Source of the DNA: Lytechinus pictus
Taxonomy: Eukaryota
DNA length: 64,000 bases
Assembly: GCF_037042905.1 (NCBI RefSeq)
Contig: NC_087251.1
Location: 30,506,001-30,570,000 of the forward strand
Direction: 5' to 3'
The notes below the pieces were generated by a model that did no database searches, had not been told where the DNA came from, and saw nothing but the letters and a program-made list of their open reading frames with translations. A program made the translations under genes and the position numbers. This document shows, piece by piece, positions 1-10,902 of this stretch (its first letter is position 1; every line of letters starts with the position of its first letter).

Positions 1-646
1 AGGGAGATGGCATCTCATGCATCGCTTACACATATCCTTACACGATAATAATGCCTCTTAAAAGAATTGTTGAGAATCGGATGTTTGTGCACCATTCTCA
101 ACAGCACTAAAAAATATGCATAAAATCACAAATATTAATTATTATCAAATATGAATTATGAATGAAACCGACCTGCGGCTCCTTTTGAAAAGATATATCA
201 GGATAGGCGGATCTCAGAATTAATGTCCAATTTTATGTTTTGGGTATTTACAAAGGTAAAATTGCATTTCATCTAATCAAGGGGAAAAAAGAAAGAAATA
301 TACAATGTGCATATTAACTATATCGTGTTGAATATTCTTAAAACTTTTGGATGGAGCTTTAATTTTTCCTGTTCTGCCCCAACGATTAAATGCCTTAACA
401 GGTCGCCCCTCCACGAGATCCGCCTCGGCAAACATTTTCTTTCACGTTCACCATATACACCGAATATTGCATGCATATGGAATAGCTGTTACAATAGTAA
501 ATTGAATATAGAGTGTGCTTCACCTTCAAATATATATAAATAATATATTCATTTTCACAGCACACAATCATAATGATGGGCCTTCAAATCAGAGAATTGA
601 GGCCAAATGCTTCCAAACCGAGTGATTGCTGGACTATACACGGATC

Positions 647-714
647 TCAATTTCTTGGTGCGTTCCCGAGTCCAAGATGAGTCTTGTATGTCCCAAATGT
701 GTATTTTTGCGATC
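647..714 (-). CDS. Orphan gene terminal coding exon
   Basis: Acceptor tttctctctcttaag; reads R-SQKYTFGTYKTHLGLGNAPRN-TGA. Confidence 0.65.
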
Positions 715-3700
715 CTTAAGAGAGAGAAAAAAATGAGAACATTAAATATGATTATGCGACTGTAATGTGATTTAACAGAGTTTTACATTAATGGTTTCCT
801 GATGTCAATTTCCGCAGTATTTCACTTTCTCATCCTACCCCCACCCCACTTCTGTACCAACACCACCGGGAGTCCAATGATCATGATGATGATGACTCTT
901 TTTGTTTAAAGGGGTAAGAAAATAGGCATAACTGAAATTAAAGTTTCCCATCAGAGCTATCTTCCCTTTTGAAAGTTTTGGCGAGGCCGAAACATGTCTC
1001 CATAAGTCAGCTCAAACAAACAATCATCGTTCTACATGCTGCATCATGCTGTTGTGTTTCGCTTCTGGAGATCTCATTTTAAAAAATATTACAATTTGGG
1101 TTTACATAATAATAGTGTAAAACTCAGCACGGGAGCCATTTACTAATTCTGTTGCTGTTGTTGTTTTTGCTACTTACTTGAGATAGGTTGTTTCTCTTCC
1201 AACCAGAATTTAAAACCTTGTTTGGCATGTTGATTGTAGTAGTTCTCCCTCCATGATCGTCTATTCTGTGGGCTCATCTGATATGAAGCATAGGTGATGT
1301 AGGGAGAGTTACCGTCCATCGCCGCGTTCTGGCTCTTCGATACTGCAGAAAGATGAAGAATGATATTAAGGAGAGAACTTATAATATATACATGCTACAG
1401 TCACACCAAAAGCTATTACATGTATGTTATTTCGAGTGGCATAATAATCGATCGATTGGAGGCCGTATCGTTGGTGTAAATGTAGCATAAAACGGTCTTG
1501 AAAGGATGTGAAATTGTTCCTAGCACATTATCATGATACAAGCAAAACAAAACATACGCATCCGTCCCCATTTACATTAACAAGGCGAATGCACTCCCCA
1601 CTTGCGACTTCATTGGCATCATCACGGGTATCATTTTTTTGTATTTGTCATATATTTCAAGAATATCGTATAATCATCTCTTCTCAATATTTGTTCTGAA
1701 GAAATTAAATTCAAATTTAATCAGATATTTTTACAAATCAAGCTCACATTATTATGAAGATAAACTTTACCGATGGGGGCGCTTTTGAACTCCGACGTTC
1801 AACGCACATTAATCTTGATTAATTAATATTTTTTTTTTTTACCACTGGGTGTCTCCTTTCCCAAAATTTCAATGAAGCGTTTTCTTTTTTTCCTATGGAT
1901 GCTCACCATAAGCGGTTAACCCTTCCCCTACTTCTCCTTTCCACGGAGAGCGAAGAGGTACCGGTCTGACGTAGGATTCCTGTCGGGGTGCTGCCCCATA
2001 CTTGACGATCCCAGACCCATGACCAGAATGAAGAGGTGGTAACTGGAGATGAAAAGGGAAAATAGAGAGAGAGGGGGGAATCAAAATGGTCAGTGATATA
2101 ACATAAAAATTGAACTTTTGGGGTAAAAAACAACACTTGGACTTGCCCCCCTCATAATGGCTATAGGTCTACTATACTCGGGATAAGCAATTTTGTCATC
2201 ATAATCATTAAATCAGAGCTGCCTGATCAGGCTTTCAATCGTTCACTATAGATTCGTTGTTCCAACCAGTTTTATTGTATTTTATCATAATTTTGTATGG
2301 ATATAACCACTTCCATACGAACGTAATTTGTTCTTTACTTAAAAAAAAGAACAGCGAGGGAAAAATTAATGAAGAGTAAGTCATTTAAGGAAAGGTGTAC
2401 GAAAATGGGAGTAGATCAGTGAAAGAGAACCATACGGGATACATTATTGAAAGTCGTGGTTTAAGAAGTGGAAAGGGTAGCCGAAGGAGAGGGGTAGGTG
2501 AAGAGAGAGAAAAAAAAAGAATAATACCATTCTTAGTTGTTTTGCGTAGTTTGCTTGTGGAATATTGACTGCTCTGATCTCGACGCCCTCTGCGATCCAA
2601 CGTGGAATGTTACCATATGCCATTCTGCAATTTAAAAAAAAAAGAAAAAAAAAGAGGAGATTAAGCATTTTTTTACCCCCATGATAAGCCATTATGTAGA
2701 TTACTGATGGGTCACACGTAAATTTCACATTTCAAAAAGCGAAGTATTGTGATACATGCCTATTATTCTTCCCCAAGTAGTTCCAATTCAATTACCTGTG
2801 GTATAGCATTGAGAACAGCTCAATATCACTAAATTTTAGTGAGAGAATAACACTAGTTTCCTTCGGCAAGAAATTTATCCACATTGTGCTGCACTCGACC
2901 CAGGTGAGGTAAATGGGTACCCGGCAGGATTAATTCCTTGAATGCTTGAGCGCCTAGGCAGCCCAGCTAAAGCCGGGGTAATAATAGCAGGGCCCGCTGG
3001 GAGAACAGTTTTCGGAACTGAAGCGGTTACCCTGGGTAAATATACCGCTATTATTATTATTATTATTATTATTATAAGAGAAGGGAGCTGGAGGAACGGA
3101 GAGGAGAGAGAAAGGAAGGAAGGAAGAATGAAGGAAGGAAGGAAGGAAATAAAGAAAGAAAGAAAGAGAGAGGGTGAGAGCGGGAGGGGAGAGAGAAGAA
3201 AGGGGAGGGATCGAGGGAGGGAGGGAAGGGGGAGGGAGGTACCAACGTCGATAGTTTGGGATTTGAATAACTGAGAACCAAAGAATTAACCCTCATTATT
3301 CCGAATCAAACGCTAAATATCTCTCTACAGTTTACATGATAATGATATACAACATACAACAATACACCGGGAGAGTGTTTCATCAACATTTTTGTCCGAC
3401 AAGTTGTCAGATCTGACAACTTCCCTTGATGTTGATTGGCTAAGGAGCACTGTTACTATGGCAACTGTCGGATAAAATGGGACTTGTCGGATAAAACGTC
3501 CGACAAGTCCTTTCATGAAACGCTCCCCGGGAAGGTTCCCTTTTCTCATCAAATATCATTCGGTATTTAAAAATGATGACATGAAGTAAAGCAGTTATTG
3601 TGCCGGATATCTGTGGCAGATCGAGCCACTGATGTAGTTGTCTGGTTTCACACAATCCCTGCAGGGGCACAGATATTGCCAACACCCCCCCCCCCGTGAT

Positions 3701-6700
3701 ATTTTATCTAAACTGGCTAAATCCGCCACGAGATGTGATGTAAGAAATTCATTTTGTTAATATCTGAAATTGAAGGATGACAACTACTCAAAATCAATAG
3801 ATACTGGGGGCCACGCTGTATGCATTTGGGGTTATTATTATCGATAGTATCAGTAGCATATACCTCTTGGAGTTGGGAGACTTTCTCTCAATTTTACAAT
3901 GACAATGGGTAAAACAGACAACCATTTTACATTGAGATAATATATACAAATTGAAATTCTGCTGAAACCCTCTTCGTATTGGATGTTGTAAAACAAACGG
4001 AAATGAATAGAGCAGACAACAAGAAAACCGACGAAAATACTAAAACAATGAATTAAAAACGAAGATTTAATATAATAACGCCAATTAGATTGATCTGCTT
4101 TCATTACTCAACTGCTGGTCTATTACTGTGATACTTTGGAATTCGATTTGGTTTTTAGTTTTAACATATCGTTCCCAAAAGGGGGCACGAGGACAAATTT
4201 GTCAAGGAAAAAAAAGGTATTTAACCAAAACTTAATATTTCGTCCCCCAGCAAATTTGACAAGCAAAAAAAAATGTCTTCACTTTAAAGGGCACACTTCT
4301 GTTTTAATGGCATTTTTACATTACAAATTTTAATTTTGCTTCTCAAAGGGGGGGGGGGGGGCGGCTGTGTCCCCCTGGATCCACCAGTGCCCCACACATA
4401 AAGACGCAGAAGTAATAACAAAAAAATTAAACTGAATAATCCGATGAAAAATGAAAATAGCGCACAACCCATTGTGCCTCTGCTTTTATTCTGATATCAA
4501 ATCATCTTAATTAAAAGTCAGCTCGTCAAGTTTAGTATAGATATTTTCGTACTTTGTACTGTCTGTTTCTGGTTGTATCTTCCTTGCTAGATGTGCCGTC
4601 CTTGATATGTTAATTTAACAAATTAAGTTAGGGGTCGTCTATGGGAAGCACAGCCAATTCCAATTTGACATTTTGGAAGATTGGTGATCATCGTTTCGCA
4701 GCATTTCCAATTCACATCAACTCTCATTTGATCTCCTCGACTTTACTACACAATTTTAATGAATATATGTGCACTGATCAGGTATTGTTTATGTTTTAAA
4801 CAAAATGTCAACAATCTAAACAGCAATGTTTAGCTTCTAATATTTATTGCTTAAACGTGAACATTATTGTTTGAGTTATCTTTAAAAGAGTTCGAATTGT
4901 CTTTAAACTCTCAAAGAACAGCTGACGAAAGTTAAAATAGTTAGCCATGCTGTATTTCTTGTGATTTTTTTTTTGCCTACTGTGTATAGCGGAAATGTGA
5001 ATGGAAGGCCGGCTCATTCCAAGGCCAGTTCCCGTTGTAAAAAAAGTTAAAATTGTGTTTCCATTGGCAACAAAAAATAATGTTGAACGCAAAGTATAAT
5101 TTAGCATTCAGTGTGACGCAAACTTACGACGGCATCATGACCAACATCGGCCTACAAATAAACTTTTTCAAATTAACGACTGTCCCCGAGTCTACAGATA
5201 TCAACAAACATCTTGAGTCTTCTTCAGGCATGCTATGAGTTTTTCTCATACTCCTCATAGACTAACAACATATCGAGCGAGAATGAGAAGTCGACTTATC
5301 CGCCACTGACCCCCATTCTTTTCATTATTATCAAACTGTCCGCCATTGTAAGGAATCTATAGACATACATTCTTAGCCGCCCCACGCCCCAATGAATCTG
5401 TATTATGCGTAACCCTTTCGATGGAGAAAATTTACAAAGAAAGGAAGGGGAAAATCGATGGCCGAGTTATTGTCTGAGCGACGGGAAGAGAGTCCGGATA
5501 TAAAAGATGATCGAGTTTACTTTATCGTTGCATGAGTGTGGCCAAATATTAAGACTTATTTTTAAGTCGTGATAAAGAAATCGGGTACATCGTGCAACTC
5601 CTGACATATCCGCTTTCATTTCCATTTTCCCATTTTTGAAAATTGTTTGACAAACAGAACTGAATAACAAAAGCACATTCGTGAAAATATATTTTTGCTT
5701 GGTTAGGATGTGCCTGTTATATTTTCGCGACATTTACTGAATATAAAGCATTTCCTATCCATTTGACATAATCATTACATAATAATTTATATGTGTGGTT
5801 TTGAATTAAAATTCATTTCAATCAAAAGATGGATAGATAGAAATAGATAGTAGATAGATAGATGCATGCATGCATGCATGATCACTATTTTATATTCCCC
5901 AAAAAGAACATTTTGCCTCCATCACACTTGAGTTAGGTAATAACACGTTTTGGCGTTACTTACGTCATATTAACACCATGTTGGCTCCCTTTGATCTATG
6001 CTATAGATCCACGACAAACGATGATCATGGGGTATATGTCAAAATTTATTATAATATGCGTAGTAGTCATATCTATTTCAAGAGTATATATAGTATATTT
6101 GTGAGACGATCTTCTGACATAAAGGCGTTTACCAGCAAGTCGGTTTGATTGATGTTTACTCGTACTATGTTTTGTGCGTCTTTTATTTAACAATGTTTGT
6201 TGAACCAGCCTTGGAGATATCCCAGGTATAACCAATGGTTGTCATGTCTGGATCACTATCATTACTGGCGGATCCAGTGAGGGGGGGGGGGGGCACAGCC
6301 AGGCTCGTGCCCCCCCCCCTTAGAGAAGCAAAATTAAAATTTGTATTGTAAAAATGCCGTTAAAACAGAAGTGTCCCCCCCCCCTTTGAAAGTGAAGAAG
6401 ACCCCCTTTTTTTTGCTTGTCAAATTTCCCTCCGAAAATTGTTTATTTTGAAGCGACTACATAAATTTCGACAACTCATTTCCTTAAACATTATTATTCA
6501 AAGTAAAAACATGGGTTGGTTTAAATGATGTTAAAGCAAATAAGCATTTTCTCTTTCTATAGCTATTTATCTCCATCTTTCCATCTCCCCCATCCCCCCT
6601 CTCTGTTTTTCCCTCCTTCACTCTCTCTCCATCCCTCTCCGCCCTCTCTCAATTATTAGTATTTCTTTCTTTCCCTCTTTCTCTATTTTCTTTTATTTAT

Positions 6701-7849
6701 CTCTATATTTTCTTGTCTCCATTCTCTACGTTTTGTCTCTTTCTGGGTCTGCAATTAATTGCAAATTACTAGACACGTTCCAAACAAACATTACAACTGA
6801 TTGGATGAGCTTTTATGACTGATGGAAGAATCTGTTTGATTGATCAAGAACAAATCGCCGCTATCAAGCTTTGAACTGATTAGTCTGTTTGCTATCTTAG
6901 GAATTGATGGGTTGGTCCATCGAATGTATAATGGACATTGAAGAGAACTACACACTGTAAAAACGTTGTTTTAGATATTAAGCACATTGTTTAAACCCAT
7001 CACTCTAACAAGTCGTTCAAACTATTCAGAAGAAAAAAAAATCGTTTTTAAAAATTATGAAATTGTTTAAACTTTCAAACAACTTGTTAAAAAATTTGTT
7101 GTTTGAATGACGGGCTTAAAATTTTAAACAACGTATTTGAATTAATGTATATATGGAAATCTTTAAGTTCTTTAAATGTATGTATGTCGGGTATAGTCAT
7201 TATCGACAAAGCCAATACCTGGGTCCCCGTTGCATAAATGTTACTATTATAGTAATTTTGCCATCCATTGGTAATAGGGATGGTAACCGTTCTTAACAGC
7301 CAATCACGATCAAGAATGCCATGGGTGTTACTTGGATGGCAAAATTATCATAATACTTTGATGCAACGAGGTCCTGGTGCTCTTAATACGATTTTGTCTA
7401 CATCCTAGAAGGTCACGTCCATTTATAATACAAACACGCACACCCAATGATTATACCATGCAGGAAATAATAACAAATACCTGATCATAAAGAAAGCATG
7501 CAAAAACATAACATAACACAAGAAAAGTTGAATATATTACAAGTCATGTTTAAGTTTGACGTTCAGTGACTATATGGTGCTTCTTTATCAAATTTTTGTT
7601 TATCTATCATGGTCAGTTATGTATTGAATATTAATATCATTACTCATTAGCCGGAATTACTGTATCTAAAAATTTAGTCTACTTTTTTGTTAATGATGCA
7701 ATTATATCAAACATGTAGAATAAGTGTGTTAATCCTAATGTATTTAGATGTTTATATTTTTTAATAGAATGAAATTCTTACCTTTCGTCTAGAGTTAGGG
7801 GATTGGTATTCTGAAGTTTAACTCGCGGTATTGCCATTCCAGTCGTCAT
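647..7849 (-). CDS. Uncharacterised 177-aa protein, 5 coding exons (candidate ciliary/flagellar protein)
   Basis: Exons 7782-7849, 2528-2624, 1907-2042, 1178-1342, 647-714. All introns are GT..AG with pyrimidine-rich acceptors. Phases 2,0,1,1 join into a 534-nt ATG-to-TGA frame: MTTGMAIPRVKLQNTNPLTLDERMAYGNIPRWIAEGVEIRAVNIPQANYAKQLRMLPPLHSGHGSGIVKYGAAPRQESYVRPVPLRSPWKGEVGEGLTAYVSKSQNAAMDGNSPYITYASYQMSPQNRRSWRENYYNQHAKQGFKFWLEEKQPISRSQKYTFGTYKTHLGLGNAPRN*. No family recognised. Confidence 0.75.
1178..1342 (-). CDS. Orphan gene exon 4
   Basis: Acceptor catctttctgcag, donor A|gtaagt; only the phase-compatible frame is open. Confidence 0.75.
1907..2042 (-). CDS. Orphan gene exon 3
   Basis: Acceptor ttttcatctccag, donor G|gtgagc; overlaps ORF-track 1893..2084. 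Confidence 0.75.
2528..2624 (-). CDS. Orphan gene exon 2
   Basis: Acceptor ttttaaattgcag, donor ATG|gtatta; overlaps ORF-track 2444..2728. Confidence 0.75.
2857..3075 (+). mobile_element. 5'-truncated tRNA-derived SINE with (TTA)n tail
   Basis: Body and tail align with the full copy at 40626-40918 (…ACCCAGGTGAGGTAAATGGGTACCCGG…); ends in TATTATTAT repeats. Confidence 0.75.
3367..3530. mobile_element. Short (~165 bp) MITE; related copies at ~30390-30525 and ~57780-57946
   Basis: Imperfect TIRs CCGGGAGAGTGTTTCAT / ATGAAACGCTCCCCGG; internal TCCGACA/TCTGACA repeats; similar sequence elsewhere in the window. Confidence 0.6.
7220..7376. mobile_element. Short MITE-like element
   Basis: Imperfect terminal inverted repeats CTGGGTCCCCGTTGCAT / ATGCAACGAGGTCCTG. 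Confidence 0.45.
7782..7849 (-). CDS. Orphan gene exon 1 (MTTGMAIPRVKLQNTNPLTLDE-R)
   Basis: ATG at 7849; donor AG|gtaaga; phase 2 matches the next exon. Confidence 0.65.
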
Positions 7850-8194
7850 CTTGACAAACTTTTCTCACCACGCTAAAACTTTAGAAACAATCACAAAATA
7901 AAGGAAAAAATCTGCAAAACACCCCTCAGTATTTCAAACTAATCGTCCAGTTTGGAAGCATGGAAGTCACATATCCAGCCAATTTGATATTTTTATTTAA
8001 ATATAAATCAAATTGTGACCTGCGTGCATAGCTGTCGACATGAGCAGGTTTCCACTTTGCAATGTTCCGATTCTGCTTTAGTGGGGGTATTGATAAAGCA
8101 GCGTGGGGGAGATGATTGGCATGATACCGGTAATTGTTCGGGGTGAGTAGGGCACGGAGGCGAGGGAGCGAACCATTCGCAGACGGCTTCGTCC

Positions 8195-8207
8195 GTTACT
8201 TGGCGAC
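8195..8207 (-). promoter_or_regulatory. RFX X-box-like motif upstream of the orphan gene
   Basis: Minus strand GTCGCCAAGTAAC fits GTNRCC-N1-RGYAAC; lies in a GC-richer, CpG-containing patch about 350 bp upstream of the ATG. Confidence 0.45.
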
Positions 8208-8447
8208 GACCGGGTTAGACTTATTGATACAGTCGTTCGGAAGCTCAGAAAGAATAAAAACGCGATTTGGACGAATAAGGGAGGACACGCTTTGTTCTAA
8301 GACTTCGACCACATAAAACATCGAGAGAGGAAAACATTGATTCCTCTTCACTTAAAGTTATTAAGTGGCATATACTCTACGCATTGGAGTGAGCAGGGTG
8401 GGATATCTACATAGGATAGTAATTTACTACCTTGTAAACTCCATTAA

Positions 8448-9042
8448 AGGGGAATCCAGCCTCGGCCATAAAATGTTGTGTTGGGAAGGAGAAAAATAGA
8501 TTAAACAGAATGGTGAAAGTTTGAAAGAAATCGGACAAGCTATAAGAAAGTTATACCTGCTTTAAAATTGAGATCACTCATACTATGTAGATTTCAAATT
8601 GGCAACTGGGTAAGTAAATTATGACAAGGGGCAAGGACAACTTTCCCATAGGCCATGTACTTTATTATCAGGGATTTGTGGTTTTCTCCTAAGTACCCAT
8701 TCCCCTGGGGCAGTAATCTAAATATAACCCAGGTAGTATATTGTTTTATGTCCTCATGAAAGAAAAATATAATTTGAAAAAAAACTTTTAGGAAAAATGA
8801 CATTTTAGCCATAATATGTATTGGAGTACATGGAAAAGTAGTCCTTGCCTTACATCACTATGACATCCCATATGCGGCCAATTTGAAGTCTCCATGCGTA
8901 TAGTGATTACTAATATTTACAACTTTTAAAAATTCATAACTTTCTTGTTGTTTGTCCAATATTGTTCAAACTTTCACCTATCAACTTGTCTGATTTTTCT
9001 TTTCCTTATAAAAACAAGTTTTTATTTGGATTGGATTCCCCT
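8448..9042. mobile_element. Non-autonomous Kolobok-like DNA transposon (TTAA TSD)
   Basis: TTAA|AGGGGAATCCA … TGGATTCCCCT|TTAA; further internal inverted similarity. Confidence 0.75.
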
Positions 9043-9879
9043 TTAAGGTTGATTTCCTTTTATGTTTATCTATTCGTTTATAAATTTAAAACTAACATAC
9101 GGCACATCTATATTCTAAACACAGTCAGCCCAAGACTTATCATTCATATCAGTTCATGGATCCTTTCACAGAACTTTCACTAGAATAATGACATTTTCGC
9201 TATTTTGATAACTTTCCTATAAAATTTTAGTCAAGAATCAAAATGTTTACAGTAAGTTCCTCAGCATCTTTGCTTTTCAATAAAGACCGAATGGCCATCA
9301 CATTTCTTTTCAACCCAAATTAATATTATATTTCACATTGTTTTATGAAAAGTAGATCTATGTCTATCAGTATCATCCTAAAACACATTGGTCTGTGCTA
9401 TGGAAGAAGATTAAATATGGACTAGATCTTCATAAAGTCAATCAGTTCCTGGTTAATTAATCTATTTTCTTTTCTTTATTAGAGCTTACCTTTTTTACAA
9501 TATATTCATTGACTTGTTTTTCATTTGTTTATTCAACAAATTGATAAGCTGATAAGATATTACTCAATAATAGATGACACTAACACATCTCAAACGAATA
9601 AATTGATATTTATTGACAATAGGATGACATGCACATCACAATCAATATTACTAACACAATATTGAGCCATTCCCTGATGTATGTGCGGTGCTTCATGTCG
9701 ACTGTCGAGATACATCTTGGCAAGTCGACGTTATGTCGATATGGCGAGATAGTCTACTTAATCATACCGATTCCAAACTGACCAACGATATTCAATTTGA
9801 AATAAGGTAAATGATCGGTCTGGTTTCGTTGATGTGACGTTTGACGTTGGAGGTTGATCTTTATCACCTCCTCTGAAGT

Positions 9880-10130
9880 GGTTTATTTCCAATTCGTCTA
9901 ATGCCAATTTGCCCAATTTCTAACTCGTCTACTACCATTTGATCTACCATCAGTTCGTCCACTCAACACATGGTCTACTTTCATTTAGTCTAATGCCATT
10001 CCGTCTAATAACCAGTTGGTCCAATAACCATCTAGTCCATATACTTAAATGACGAAATGTTGATGGACGGAATTAAAGTAGACCATGTGGTGAGTGGGAG
10101 AGTTGGCAGTAGACGAATTGGCAATTTACC
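9880..10130. mobile_element. MITE with ~21-bp TIRs and ~9-bp flanking duplication (MULE-like); related fragment at ~33660-33865
   Basis: TIRs GGTTTATTTCCAATTCGTCTA / TAGACGAATTGGCAATTTACC; flanks CTCTGAAGT / CTCTGAAAG; internal short tandem GTCTA-type repeats. Confidence 0.55.
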
Positions 10131-10753
10131 CTCTGAAAGTGATGTCTGCATTTCCTTTACAGGAATTACTAAATGAAAGGATCAACTCAATATGAGTCAA
10201 ATTAGCAGCTTCATTAGTTCTATGATAAGACATTTGAAGCACATATAATGACAATAATACTATTGTATACGTCAATATATCAACTGATCATAATTTTCCA
10301 ATTAACGCAGTGGCAAGCTATATAGGCCTACAGACTTCCAAGTAATCCATGTACATTACATATTCTATAAGTTCGTATATACCTTCAGCAAAGTTATCCC
10401 TAGAAAAGCTAGAAAGTACGATTTCAAGGGACAAGAAAGGAAGATATAGATATTCATACAGGAAAATTGTAATAGCCTACCAATTTGGGGGCTGGTTGTT
10501 TGAAGACAATATATAGTAAGGACTTTTGAAGAAAAAAATGAGAATATCTGAACTTGGAATATGAAATCTCAGAACATATCTATCATTGTCTAAAACATAT
10601 TGATATATACAATTTCAACGCAGTGGAATTGAATCAAACATTCATAAATCGATTGTAATCATTTGTAAACGATGAAAATTGATGAAGAAATATTAACAAA
10701 TAAAACTGTACATCTACTTTCATTATATTATGTAAATCGTTTTTTTATTATTA

Positions 10754-10902
10754 TTATATAAGTGGAAGTGGGATGTCCATGTCGTTGAATACTTGACGGA
10801 TACCAGACAGTAAGAGGCGCATATCATCAGGAAATAGATGACCGATGTTTCCAATACGAAAACATTTTGCTTTTGTCACCTTACCAGGGTAGATAACCAA
10901 AC
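10754..10902 (-). CDS. phnW: AEP transaminase exon 8 (terminal)
   Basis: [23 protein letters not shown]…PLPLI-TAA. Confidence 0.92.

Noticed and set aside
2942..3296. Lys/Arg/Glu-rich ORFs
   Set aside because: They are made of a SINE tail plus a purine-rich simple repeat.
8134..8316. 60-aa plus-strand ORF
   Set aside because: Non-ATG start and no homology recognised; better explained as the promoter/5' region of the minus-strand orphan gene.
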